A stretch of DNA of 64,000 bases from Balanoglossus misakiensis (GCA_040954595.2 CM082597.2:558001-622000), one strand, 5' to 3'; shown: positions 38,268-52,169, numbered from the stretch's first letter. The notes: generated by a model not told the origin, from the sequence alone. A program made the numbers and translations.

Positions 38268-39470
38268 ACGCCAGAATATTAGTCATCAGTGAAGAATTCT
38301 ATACTACAACCGAGGCAATTATTTGAATCATTTGATCAGAAAGTTCATAAACCATTTTTCTTACAGGAACAAGATGGCTTTTTCTTCATTTCTTTTCCCC
38401 CAGCTGCAAAGTCTGGGAATTTTGTAGTTGTTGTGGAAACTGTATGAATATCACAGATACATGGCAAGAAGTTGTCATTGATAATCTTAACATGGTCTTC
38501 CATTATTGATCCAGAAAAATGGTTGTCTAAACTTTCTGAAAGTTCCTAGAACTGAAGTGTGTAAAAGTGGATTGCGTATAAAAATATCATCACATGATTA
38601 TGCTTTACCAAAAAGTGGTTAAAATACATGCATTTATAGTGTTGTGACCCCTAGTTGAAGATTCTAGTTTTGACCCCCAATTGAATTAGTATTAGTCTAG
38701 TGTTCTCGTTATCAAAACCACTTGAGTGAGATGTCGCTTTTTCATTTTTCACAAAAAAGAAGATAATTGTGATGAAAATCCTCAAAAAATTATATGCCGT
38801 AAAAATTGAGTTTTTTTATGTAGCAGTTTCAAGAATTTGGACACAGTTTGCCATGAAAAAAGTTAACAGAGTGTGGTTGAAAGTTCTACTAGTTAGCAAT
38901 TTTTACACTTTTGTCTAAAACTTCAGTTATTTCATTACTTAATTTCTTACATATTATTTATACAGTTTGTTATGGTTTCTTTGATTGTAAGTGATCAGTT
39001 TATTTAACTAGGTTTTTGATAATTTATTCTGAAATCCCATCTTGACACTTTAGTTGTAAGTTGTAAGAGTAAATTGAAGATCTTACAGTAGCGCTAACTA
39101 AATGTTACTTGCTCGGTACTTCATGGCAAAGATAGAGTAACTCATATACACCAATGCTATGATGGTATCGATCTTTGTGCAATGATTTTTGCCATGTCTA
39201 ATGCGATTGGTTTTTGCTTAAGTACAGTGTGTGTATGGCTAAGAAGTCGGTTTGCATCAACAAACAAGCTTTTCAGCAAGGTTTGCAACTAACACTTGCA
39301 GCTCTACTGAACACTGAGAATAATAAGAGCATGTCTGATGCAGTGTTTCGTCATAGCAACTCACTTTCATCCATTTTCTCCCAAGGTGCATCAAACATAA
39401 CACCGCACGTCTCAAAAATTTCTGTCATGTTTTACTAACCACCATCTTGTCACTTTCATTTCATCCCCAG

Positions 39471-39498
39471 GGAATATGTCGGTGACACTGCCGTCTAG
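39471..39498 (+). CDS. Candidate alternative terminal coding exon of the C2CD2L-like gene (...MEYVGDTAV*)
   Basis: Perfect TACTAAC branch point at 39433-39439, pyrimidine tract, CAG acceptor; phase 2 matches the donor at 37638. Confidence 0.6.
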
Positions 39499-41350
39499 GT
39501 AACAACATCTGTAGTCATGGTTACAATAAATCCATCAAACATGGACCCTCTTCATCTCTCCCATCATGCATTTCACCAGCTTAGAATCATGGGAAACCAG
39601 CAAGTGGTCAGAAGAGAAGACATTTGTTATGCTTGTGGTGTTTAAGCTGATATGGCAATGCTCTAACCACTAACAATTTAATGTGATATGTTCTGGTTAG
39701 CGAAAGATGTCACAGAAAGAGCACTCAAAGCTAGTTACAATAGTCGTTATCTGAGATATTGAATAACATGATAGCAGTGTTATATAATTATTTAACATTG
39801 AATTCAGAATGCAATTTGCAATAACTTATTCTAGTTATCACAATCATGATTGAAATGAGGAAATTTATCATTTTTCAATAAATTAAAATTTTATATTTCC
39901 CTGGCAGAATCATGGGCAATTCACAAATTCCTTGTCCTTTGTATTTTTATATTGGACTTCTGTCAAAACATTTCAAGGTTGTAAATGGCCGAATTCTTAG
40001 TGAGGTTGTTGTGGAAAATTTGTTAGACATGCATACAACATTCTTATTTACCTATTCTGATATTCCTGGTGTCTTCTTTGATATTTTACTATTAGTAATT
40101 GGACAAGTGGGATGGAAAAGCTTTAACATTTCATTGGCATCAGTGTTTTATTTCTATTTATTATGTGTGCTAGGAGAATTTGCTAAATAATGTATAATTT
40201 CGTCCATTTGTATTTGGTGCAGTACTAGTTCGTGACAGTGTCCATTTAAATTAGGTTGGTTGTCTAGAAGAAAATTATGATAGAATTTACCAAGTCATGA
40301 AATTCTGTATTTTTTGCATTCTCTCTGAGATCCATTTGTGCCTACAATGTGCTTTGCTATTCATAATTTCCCTTCATGTCAAAATGAATGCTTGTCAATG
40401 CCTTGTCTCTTCATAGCCAAAAGTTTGTTGCAAAATGTCAGTGTTGATTGCAGTTAACTTAAATCCTTCTTTCAAATACATGTTTTCTTACATCCATGTT
40501 TGACATTTGATTTGAATTAAGGTGCTCTACTTTCTTTCCTGCGAAAGTCCATCTTTGAAACTCTTCATGTATAGATTAATTGATTTACTGGTCTTGATTC
40601 TAGATGTGGATATGATACATGTATGTTATGGTGTACTTGTAAGGAGACATTGAGATGAGACATAAGGGTACAATTTTCATTGAATGACATAATACAAGCA
40701 ATCATGATCAGTGAACACTAGATTTGCAATCCTGAATTTTGATAGCTGGTCGGATTTTTTTTATTAAAAAAAATGAGCATGCTGTCTCTTAACTTCAAGC
40801 AACCAGGCAGCTGGTGAAATTTGATTCTCTGTAACCACAACTGTCGTACTTGTCAGCTTTTTCTGTTTTGATGAGTGACGTGTTCGTAAACTTCAAACAT
40901 TTTCCTTTTTTCAACAATTCAGTTGTCTTGTGTAAAATCTTGTCTTTTCAGAGCCTCTCCACTGTCCTGGTTCATTTATGTTTATGGGTCTTGATATCGC
41001 CTGTATACAATGTGCAGCTGTGTTAGTCGTATTTCATAGCTTTCCTTCAATTTCAGTTAAGTTTACCTCTGGACATGACTCCTGGACATTTTCCTTGCCT
41101 CCATCCCCAATGGTGGATGGGAAATACCCAGGTAGTCACGTCCAGGGGTAACCATCACAATTCTAATATTTCATTGTCTTTGTAGCACATTGTATATACA
41201 CCGGTACTGCATTTAGAAGACATACCCACAATACTTTTGTGAGTTAGATTTCAATCTGTCTTTCCTGAGTCATAGCGAAAGTGTTCCATCAATTTACTTT
41301 GACAAATGACTTTGATTATTGCTGTGGTGAAATGAACCTACATTCAGGGT

Positions 41351-41442
41351 TTAACCCTTTCACTGCCATGGTTTGGTCCAATTTCATTGCTTTCTATGGG
41401 AAAGTTGGACTGGAAAGAGGGAAATGGGGGTGAGAAGGTTAA
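41351..41442. mobile_element. ~90-bp TTAA-flanked MITE copy
   Basis: TTAACCCTTTCAC ... GTGAGAAGGTTAA; internal similarity to the 22036 and 27903 copies. Confidence 0.65.
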
Positions 41443-42222
41443 ATCCGGATAACAACATATGAAAATGAACCATTCTGTGCAACACCCGTTGCTGTTATTT
41501 TACAGGAGAAGTGCCAAAACTTGCAAATCCAAACGTTGAAATAATAGATTCTCTGGAACAAAGAGCAGTAGACACCACTTCTAAATGCAGGCAATATTCG
41601 GTTAAAATAGAAATATTTGAATTTTGTAGGTATAGACTATTAGAGTGCAATACTTCATGTAATTTCCGACCAGCAGGATTTTTAAAAGACATTATTTGCA
41701 GTTGTGTATGCATTTATTTGCAAAATTAAATGAAGGCACTTTGGTACAGATTCTGAGTTCCTTGTGAATTTTCTCAAGGAAATTAACCAACCTCATTTGT
41801 AACAGTTACATCAAATCAAACTTATTTAGCTATGAAAAGGAGTGTTAAGGAAGAAAGTTTTCCAAATCTTTCAATTCTTTAGTAAAATATGTGAGCAGTT
41901 GTTTTTAAATCAAAGAAGAAAACACATTGTTAAGCATCTTGTTTTCATATTGGATTTGTGATGTATGATTGTAAGAAAATACTCTGATGGAAGAGATCCG
42001 ATTTGGCATATTTTAAAAGTCTCACTGACCACTCAACCTATGCCTGTTTATAAATCCTTTCAAAAATAGTCATAGTTGACTGTCAAAATGCCTAAAAGAT
42101 TTGGAAAATTCTGGTTTATTTAAAATTGCATTTATCTTGTAGCTAAGGCTTCCAGATTAATATAGAATTGACTTTCATCTTCCATATATCTGTTGTACAT
42201 GCAGAGTGTCTCATTGTGAACA

Positions 42223-43644
42223 TTAGGGATTACGAGTGATGGTAGCAGCATACTGGTAGCTGCCAACATAATCTTGGACAGTTGGGTCGTAGTCTCCACC
42301 CCAGTCGACAAGGAGAACGTAGATGTGTTGATAGGCAGCCGTAGTAGTCGGCAAGATGACCGTGTTTATTAGCAGTTGGCTAGGGTTGCTCTTTACGACA
42401 TTAGGGTTGTCTACTTCACAGGGCAGTTTATCACAGATGTACTGAGTGTACGAGCTTATTCCGTCAGTTCCGAAAACCTGTGATGTGATGGAGTAACGGT
42501 CGGTTGTTTCTTTGTTGGGGCAGAAGGACACATTGAGAATGGCCTCGTCTTGGTACCTAAGCCTTTCTTCCTTAATCACATGGATAATCTCTTGGAGATA
42601 GATTAAGTCATCGTTCAGCATGTCAGCAGTTGCCATGGCAGCAGGATTTCGTATAGGCTTGTTTTCTTGCATCATGCCATTAGTCTGAGAATGTGAAAAA
42701 ACAATACAACTTCATGGGATTTGGCGACCTAGGCGAGCAATAAAAATCCAATATGGCCGACAGAATTTCAAGATGGCGGATGTCTTCAATGGGAGTTTAT
42801 ATGCAAAATTGAAGGTAGGTCATATTGAAACTTTATTTATGGTTTTAACCTTACACAAACACACAGACATCGGTATTTATTGGAGGAATTCATAAACACA
42901 TACCTGGCCAGTTGCAATAAACTGGACATTTACACTGAAGGAAATTCCAGTGACGTCACCAGCCTGTGTCACTACATACAGGTCACTTGTGGAGTTCCAT
43001 TTCTTAACCAGACAGTTTGGGACAGCTGCATTAGTTCCACCGTCATTAGAGCACAGGGCTTGTGATTTGGGCTAAGGGGGGGGGGGACAAAAATAAAGAG
43101 GAAGGTGCTTGTTAATTTTAGTTGTTACCATAGGCAGGGAAAGATTCTTGCCTTGTCTGTGTATGCTAGCCTTCCCGAACCATCTTCCACCCCCCCCCCC
43201 CCAAATAAAATCCACCCAACCCCACAGAAAACAAATGGTTATCCCCTTATGATTGAAATGAGTCGCCCAGCTTACCTTTTTCAGGTCATCAACTACATAG
43301 AAATACACGACACCTGCCGCCACCTTCCATCTCGGATTGCTGGTGAGAAGCACGGTCACATTGACTTCATCACCGATGAATTGTTTACAAGTAGTCGCTA
43401 CAAAAGTCTGTACCTGATTTGGGTTTGGAAACTGTACTTCGTTGGTGACGTATCTTGTGCCAACTTCAACTTGAATAGGGTCATTTGGAGCGAAGACGGT
43501 GTATGATTGTGCAGAGTGGACTATAAATAAAAATATGAAAAATAATTGTCTATTGGTCATAGAAATACATTCTAAGCAATAATTTACATATGGTGTGTAC
43601 TTACCAATTAATACAAAAAGTGCAAAGACAATCTTGAGTTCCAT
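42223..43644 (-). CDS. Uncharacterised secreted beta-rich protein, paralog 1, ~304 aa
   Basis: Exons 43644-43605, 43520-43276, 43071-42904, 42684-42223 (915 nt). Signal peptide MELKIVFALFVLIVHSAQS. Same exon structure as, and clear similarity to, 45735-48030. Confidence 0.88.
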
Positions 43645-45734
43645 TCTGAAAGGTGTTGTGAGCAATGGGATGACTGAACACTTTGCAGGATGGGGTGACT
43701 ATCAGAAGTATCCGCACAATTGGGGAAGGAACGAATATCCGTCTGTTATATATGCTCTAGTCAAGAGGCATCAATCATTCTTTATCGTGGGATATTGGCA
43801 TCGAATAAAATGATAACGCGTAAACGCCTCCAGGAAGTCTGGATCAGAGTCCATCTGCAGGATGCAGTTCACAAAAACGAAAGCTTGGTATTTAGAACAA
43901 AAAATACAGAGACAAAAGAGGAAGGTTTTTAAGTAACTTCCTTAAAGCCCTATGAGCTGCTACTATTAGCATCTTTATCCTTCACCGACGGCGACACTAT
44001 TTTGAATCCATTTAGATGTCTCCAGTTTGAGAAAAAACAGTATCTATCTACATTGCAATGATTAACCGTACACACCTTGCAAAAAATCTGCCAAAGTTCA
44101 ATTGCCTACTTGGACTTTATCATCTGCAATGACTAATGCAATGTACAGGGAAAACATGATCGACCTTAACACACATGTGTTTGATAATTTGGTAAAGATA
44201 AATCGCTTTCGATTCTATCTTTCTTTTTCTTAATTCTACTCGTCAATGACTATCGTCGTTAGCATTGTGTCCGTACTGCTGGACTCAAATGGTCATTTGA
44301 TGGATTGAATTTGACCTGCAGGTCGTGTACACGGAAGGAAACTGGACTACTTTTAAATAGATTTTGGTAGCTTGGCAACATAAGGCACTAATGAGTATAC
44401 ACTTTGTGATATCTATAGAATATTTATGAGCTTTTCGTCAAGGGTGTTTGGTCGCTAGAATTTTCTGTGTGATTATTTGCAATTTTGCATTTTCTGATAA
44501 TTCGTGTTTCATTTGTACTTATCTGGGAACATTATATCGTCAACAGATATCAAAGACAAATGTTTTAGACACATTATACATTTAGCAGCCTAGAGACATA
44601 AGCTCTAACTTTTGACTTTATTTTCAGGTATTTTTGTTCCTTGTACCAACTGCGATGTCTGGTTCTACTCCAATCAACATGCTGATGGGCCTATATCCAG
44701 TACTCTGCTTGTCAAGATAGCTTAAATGTGAGTAACCGCCATTTTTGTTGTTAACAAATGAATTCTAGTCCGGACTTGAATTCAAAGTTTGCACAATATT
44801 AAACAGTGCTAACTATACTACTAGTAGTATATACGTATAGGTTGTGTTAACAAGCCGGATACTAGGCATTTCCCCATACTTCAAGGATTTGAACAAAAAC
44901 AGGCAGTAGACAGGCATATAACAAAAAAAAAACGGAAAATATAGGGAAAGGTTACACCTAGTTATGCTAATGTAGTAAGTGTAAGGTGAATGAGAGTTCA
45001 TGCATGGGGGATTCGTGTGACCGAGAAAACAGGCGTAAACAGACCACTTGTCTGCCAGCAATTTGACAAACCTGGGTGATAGATTACAGGAATGGTATTT
45101 GACATAGCGACACAGGATTGAACTGTTTGACAAGCTCAGTCCAACAGACCAGCAAGTCCATTATTTAAATGTGAAAATACGCAAATCCATCTGTCCAGAC
45201 ACCAACTAAGGGAACAAAACTAGGAAGGCACGCGTGTGGATTAGTTTAGCGTACTGTTTATTTCTACGAATTCTTCAAATAATCCAGTTACAATTTTCCT
45301 TAAAAGTGTATAACAATGCAGAGTAAGACTTTATGGATAGACAGATACTACTAATAACAGTTCGTACTGTATCAAAACCAATTCTCACTACTTTAAACAG
45401 GTTTAAGCCACCTAGGTGAGTGATAAAAATCTCGGCAGAATTTCAAGATGGCGGATTTCCGCCATGTTTAATAAATTGGAGACAACACTTGCAGAAATAA
45501 TCGAAAAAAATCAACCCTTTAAACTCTTAAGTCTACAGTTAGTCGTCAACTTTTCTACCCACAATGCAATCATTATAATGTGATTTGATCATCTAACACG
45601 AAGTAAAAACCTAGTATCTTGCCGCGTTTTGTTCGCTTTGCTTCCAAAACTTCTATGCTACCTAAGATATAATCACTTTTATCGCGCTGAATTTGACAGA
45701 GAAAGTCAGATCTCCTGCGATTGCTTTCAGACAT

Positions 45735-48030
45735 TTATTTTGGTCTGATAGTGCCGGTATACTGGTAGTTGCACTCATAAGCTTTCTTGGCTGGGTTGAA
45801 ACTACCACCCCAGCAGGTTAGGAGGACGTACAGACGTTGGTACTGGGCGTGTTGTGTAGTAACGTCTACGACGTTGCTAGGCAACTGGTTCCCGTTGTAG
45901 GCGATCACATGAGAGCCCTCTACGGTACAGTCGGCTTGATCGCAGATGTGTTGAGTGAAAGCGCTGATGTCGTCGGTTCCGAAGACGACCGATCGAATCA
46001 TGTAATCGTCAGTTGTTTCTTTGTTGGCACAGAAGGAGACTTCGAGAATCACCTGTTCTTGGTAGAGCAGTTGCTCAGTTGTTGAGGTCTCAGCAATCTC
46101 GGATAAGTAATATATATCTTCGTTTGCTTTGGGGAAGTGAATATTCGGGTTTCTCATCAAGGCAGAGCTTTCTTTGATGTAGTAATATTCCTACAAATTC
46201 AAAATAATCAACAAGAAATAATAAACATTATATGATGGATGAATTGTTAGAAAACGGAGCACGGTGATATTGGCCACAGTGGAGTGACTGTGGTGAGGCT
46301 ATCAACGATAACTTCGTTTATTTTGCGCAGAACACGACAAATGTTCAAATGTCAGTCCTGACAAGATTGTTGTTAACAATGCAAATCGAAACTTATAATA
46401 ATAATATGATACAATGATGACACACACGCATATAAACAGTCCTCTCAAACATCATTACTAGTATCAACTTACGTCGAACTTGGGCTTGGGATTGAATTGT
46501 ACGTTGACCGTGAACGAGACAGCTGATATCCTGCCTGCAGTGGTGACGATGAAGAGGTCTTTGGTGGAGTTCCAATTTGATACGTTACAGAACGGAACTG
46601 CTGTCTGTCCAGCTGGATGATTGTGACAAAGTGCTGCCGTTTCGCTCTGAAAACGTAATGTATATACATGTAGTTGACATACGGTCCTGCATGGAGGGAC
46701 CCTGGTCGTGGTCTGTTAGTCTGTTCCCCAGCCCATCCCCTCCCCTGGCTGCATAGGGATCAGACTGGTGATCTGTCTCCATTGTGAAGCTTCAGTCTCA
46801 GTCTCAGTATCTCACTTTTTAATCAAATGGGTCGTGCAGTGCAAAGCGTGTCAAGTTTTTTTCGGTCAGTCAATCAAAAAAGGGTTAAGCTTGATTGTAT
46901 TTGCTATGCATAGTCTACGATGTGACACGCCGATTTCAATAAAGTCTGGGTCGGAGGTCACAATATGAAGTATGTCTTGAAGGCACCATATTATTCTATA
47001 CACGTACAACACGTACAGACTGTAGGCCAACTGTTCAGTGGGCCCTGTTTGGACACTGGTATTTTTTCGATCTGATAAGATTGTTTCTCACCTTCTTAGC
47101 GTCATCCACGACGTAAAAGTAGACAACTCCTTTCACGGGGTTCCATTCTGGGTTGTTGTTCAGAAGTATAGTGATGGTGACAGAACTGCCGATGAATTGA
47201 CCACACGTAGTTGCGGCAAAAACTTGCTGCTGTTCAGCTAGGACAGTTTTAACAGAACGCGTGACGTAACGAGTTCCAATCTCAATGGTCTTTGTTCCAA
47301 AAGAGCCAGATATGGCTGAAAACGAAAACGGAAAACTTTAATTTATTTTCGTTTTAATTGCCATGGTCAGAAATTCTCAGAAAGCTGTGCCAAGGACATA
47401 AAGTTAATATATAACTGAATGACCAACATTAGAAATTGGCCACATGTCTGTGGCCACGCAGCTGTGGAATTTTACCCGCCCCCTCCGCGCACCTGTTTTT
47501 TTTTAAACCGCCGTTGCGAGTTTGAGATGAATGAAACTTTCTGTGTGAGAATACGACGCGAGAGTTCGCCAAATTGGCCGGGCTTCAAAACGTGCGGCGC
47601 GAGACTCATACCAAATTGGCCGGGGCTTCTTTCGGTTGTTATACTGAACAATGGGTACTAATTTTTTACAAGTTGTTAGCATTGCTCTAAGACTTTTACT
47701 ACCATGATAAATCATCAGTTCTTACGAAGGAATTAACTCTGATCATAGCATGACATATCTGCTTCTGAACAGCAGTTACTCAAGCGTGATTACAGCACAA
47801 AACTGAAGCTGTCAAATTACAGTAGAAAGAAAGATAGAAAGGGAACGCATGTCTTGGTTAAATGTTAAATGGGCGTGTCCTTAGCAAGTAACTTGTTCGT
47901 TTTCTAAAAAGTTAAAGATTTGTGAAAAACAGCACAAGACGACAAATATGTCTTGAAAAATAGGAAGAACTAGAAGTTACAACTTACCACAGAACAGAAG
48001 AAGGACGATAGCATTAAGAAAATTGGCCAT
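45735..48030 (-). CDS. Uncharacterised secreted beta-rich protein, paralog 2, ~298 aa
   Basis: Exons 48030-47988, 47315-47092, 46646-46473, 46190-45735 (897 nt). Signal peptide MANFLNAIVLLLFCAISGS. Shares GTRYVT, ATTC.QFIG, GVVYFYVVDD.KK, WNST.DL, VSFC.NKETTD.Y, VFGTD.IS and YVLL..WGG with paralog 1. Confidence 0.88.
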
Positions 48031-48123
48031 GACGCCGAGAGGTGTTTGACGATAGATTCGGTTCAGGTGTTCCTACCAAGTCTCTGCTTGCCGCTCTCAC
48101 TGTCCCGCACAGTCCCCGCCACG

Positions 48124-48133
48124 ACTTATATAC
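48124..48133 (-). promoter_or_regulatory. TATA box of paralog 2
   Basis: GTATATAAG on the - strand about 95 nt upstream of the ATG at 48030. Confidence 0.5.
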
Positions 48134-49269
48134 CCGTGGCGCGGACACTGAAGTGTATAACTCTTGACTGGTCAAAGTTCAAACTAAGTCACTCGATAGC
48201 AGCGATTTCTTGGTAATATACCTTTAATAGCATAAATAACGGACGACACCCACGCCACAAACGGACATATGACAAACACCAAGGCCAGTTTGCTTTTATC
48301 ATCCTACGAGGTCAAGTTGAGTTTCGAATTCTCACGCGATTTACAGGAATTAAGAGTCACGCTTATTTTAACCCCTTGCACGATATTTTCACATGACAGT
48401 TATTTCTGATATCGGGTTGAAACGAGACATAAATCGACAGGAAATGCGGAAAAAACGTATGACTTTGCTGAACGAGGAAGCGTTTCCGTGTCGGGTTCGA
48501 TTATCAGAAAGTCTTTACAGCCACTTGTGCCGTTTTAGTCGTTGTTTCGTGTATGACCATGCGATGCTTATGAAACACTGAATTAACACTTGTCCACTTC
48601 ATGATTAGGGCCAGGTCATGGTCACTCAATGAGTGTGACTTAAGTCCAATTTTTAGACCAATCACGTGACGTCATTTCACCCCGCCTTCCAAATCGACCA
48701 CCATGGGCAACGCCCACCAATAACCAATAAAACCGCTTTAAAAAGTTTACCAAAGTTATAAATACTTACCGCAAAGGGTCAAAACTACCAAGACAATTAG
48801 CTTTGGGACCATCTTGACTGCGATTTATTTACGACGCTCTCTGTCTGGGTTGGGGAAAGTACTTTGTAAAACTGGCGAAGATGTCTGGTATATATAAAAC
48901 AAGCAACGCATGCGCAGGTACTGCTTGGAGAGGGACTTTCCATTTTGCGATACTCAGGTGATGTGAAGATATGATAATGGTGATCATTGTTAATATTGTT
49001 GTCTAGCTATTCTAGTCTAAGGGAACTTTCTGTTTCACAACTCATGTGATAATTTGAGAGGCACGACAATGGTTGTTTTGTCACCCGCACCCTAGCAATC
49101 AATCAAAGTGCTGACCAATATGATTTCCACATTTCTCACGTGAGTTATATCGCTTGTAGATTGTGTCACCGTACTTTGCATACTAACCACAGTTACCGAG
49201 AATACCTTGATACATAGACGGTAAACGGACAGGCAGGCAGGTCGATGGACAGACAACCTTCCAACCAAC

Positions 49270-49412
49270 CAAAGTGGCCAATATAGTAGCCACTTTACAG
49301 TCCATGTGCAATTTTCAAGTGCTTTAATTGATCTGTCTATAAAGGCTACCTGTCTATTATGGCCACTTTAGGAAATTCCCTTGACTGGCCACTAAAGAAA
49401 GTTTTGACTGTA
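49270..49412. mobile_element. MITE fragment of the GTGGCCAC/ACTG-TA family
   Basis: agtggccaatatagtagccact...ccttgactggccactaaagaaagttttgactgta; similar to 37310-37445. Confidence 0.55.
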
Positions 49413-52104
49413 TCACACGCTTGCACAGCTACTCAGACGATGCCCAGAGGGGTTTTACAATTCCCGGTACTGACCTATCACTTATGAGGTGTGGGCGTAG
49501 AGGTTGTTTATTGCTATAGTTAATTTTTCTAGCGAAAGCAGAAACAAAAGTGAAAGTCATGCGATTCCGACTAAACACTCGTGATCTGGTGGTGACATTG
49601 TGGGCTTCTGCGCATGAGTGTATAAAGAGACTGGCGTGACTAAAGGTCATGCCCCTGTTTATTGAAGTAGAACTGTGGGGCACTGTGCTTCGTTGCACTC
49701 TGTGGGTTTGGTATACAGGTAGCTTACAGGTAAAGATACGGTCATACTAAAAGGGGTCATTGGCATCAATTTAGCGATTACTTTTGGAGACAGACAGAAC
49801 TGGTAACGCTGATAACATACTAGTACGCTCTGACCAGTAAGACTAGCGCTCCAACCACCAAGTGACGTCAAGAGGTGTCAAAATTATTTGACAAGCCCCA
49901 TCTGCTATGAACAAAAGATGTTTGTATCTTCCCAACAGTTTGGACGTACACCGATGACCTCCACCAGAGGTCACAGAGACACCAAGACGAGAAGTACAAA
50001 AACATACAGTTTGTGATATTAAAATCAATCACTGGAGACATTTTCGTAACCAACAACCATTGTAGAAAAAACAACACCCTTTGTTAGTAGCAGATGGGAT
50101 TGTCAACACTTTTCACACTTCCCGAATCCATTACCACATTCCACATATGGACCGTGGTAGGACTGACCCGCTTTGCTATTCATCACAGTGCACGTGGCAG
50201 CAAGTCACGTGATATGATAAAGATCATGGCGGTGACGTCTTCTCGCCGGCTTTTCATAGACGGCTGTGTTTGTATGTCTGTGGTTTGTTTTTCTGACAAT
50301 AATATCTCAGTACTTTGGGCATAAAACTGAAAACTATATGATGATTGCACTTCGGTTATCCTTTCAAAGTACATCTATGATCGCGTAATGAAGTGCTGTT
50401 CAACAGTAGGGGTTGAGTAATTAATTTGAAGAAGAGAAAGTGGGTACACGATAGTTGAAATCGAGGATATCAATCATTATCCAAAAAAGCCCAATCGCAA
50501 ACAATGGTAGTCAAAGTTGCACGTCGAGTTTAAAATTAAGAGTGGAGAGACGAACACGTGTACACACCATGCCATAAACAGTGGTCTAAATTGTGACAGA
50601 GAGAACGAATTTTAATTTGTCGCTTGATTAAACAGCCATTGACTTTGCATTCCGGAAATAAAAGCAAGCCGACAGATAATTACGTTTCAGAGTTATTTTG
50701 TAGTTAATTTATTATTTCTAGAACTTGCCCGGAGAGAAATTTAGGTAATTGTTCCAGTAAGCGCTCATTTTGGACTTGCACAGTCATCATCATGTGTTAC
50801 AACTATTCAAAGTGTTTTTGTCTATATTTTGATTGCCAAAATGGCGACTGTACAGCCTATAAAGATATTTATTCAGATTCGAATGAGAGTCAGAATTGGT
50901 AACAAATGTGACCAAAGCATGTAAGCTAGTATGAAAATTCACAATGAACTCAGGCTGTAAGTATTTGTGGGTTACCCGTGGTAGACTGGGTGACTTGAAC
51001 GTTTAACATTACACTGTACATATCAGGCCAATCCGTCGCCAAACCCTACATGAACAATTCATAATATAATCAATTAGGAAAGCGTTTTTCTGTACAAAAG
51101 AGAGCCTATGCAGAGTTTAGACTACTGCATCCAGTTATGGACCCTTGTGTGACGGTATAATCACTCCCACAAATTATTCAGATGGTTATATTGTTTTCTG
51201 CGCAGCATGTGACAATCGAATAGCCGTACTTAATCCTACTGCACTATCAGTGCCACGGTAGGTGATAGATGGAAAACTTTAGCTGACATAATCGATCAAG
51301 ACATTTACGATTTGATTTATCTGTAAAAGTTTCAATGATGAATTGCTGGATTGACATTATGCCTGGAGTAGTGCGATGATTGAAATATTCCATATGGGAA
51401 TCATTTCCTGACTGGAAGGAAAGTTTTACATGTATTTGGGGCACCAAGCGGAGTTGTGTTAACAGATTTACACCGAAACCACATTTCTTTACAACACAGT
51501 GATTCATTCACATCTGCAGTTCAGACGATCCCCTCTTTAATTTGACCCAACAGCGTTTTCCTGCAATATGATAAATAAAACATATTTTCTTTCGAAAAGC
51601 AAAACGTTTTCGTCTGTGTGTCTTGTCTTTGGGTTTTCGCTTTGAATCGATCGTGTGCACGATAGTATCTTACCAATTAGTACACTCTGTAGTTTCAACT
51701 CTAATTGGCCACTTATAATATCCTCGTGATTAACTCGAAAGTTATTTCGACTTAATTGGGTAATAATGTAACCTATACCAGCGCCGGCGGGCTTTGCCTT
51801 GTTAGTAAGCGCAGAGCTACTTTACCCAAACGTGTTTTTCAAGTTGTGACTCGTGTTTACATGTCTCAGGGAACGTTGCTAGGAGACTGACATTTCATGA
51901 AACATTGTACGGCGATGGTGATTGGCTATCGGCCAATTAATTCATTGCTGCAATTTTCAGCTCTCTCTCACGTGCATGTCATTCCAAACGTTTACCTTTT
52001 CCTCCTCATGGAAATGAAATATCCGTTTCCTCTTCAAACTTTGTCTGCTCGGCGGGGATCTCGATAAACAAAACAGCGGCGCGATTCTCTTCAAGAGAGA
52101 AGCG

Positions 52105-52113
52105 ACTATAAAA
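52105..52113 (+). promoter_or_regulatory. TATA box of the lectin-GH9 gene
   Basis: CTATAAAA about 60 nt upstream of the ATG at 52170. Confidence 0.55.
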
Positions 52114-52169
52114 CGATTTCGCTGAAAGCGTATTTTGCATTCCACGAAGTTGCAGTGGAAAGAATAACG

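Noticed and set aside
49429-50374. Cluster of short minus- and plus-strand ORFs as a gene or transposase remnant
   Set aside because: No motif or phase-consistent exon chain found.
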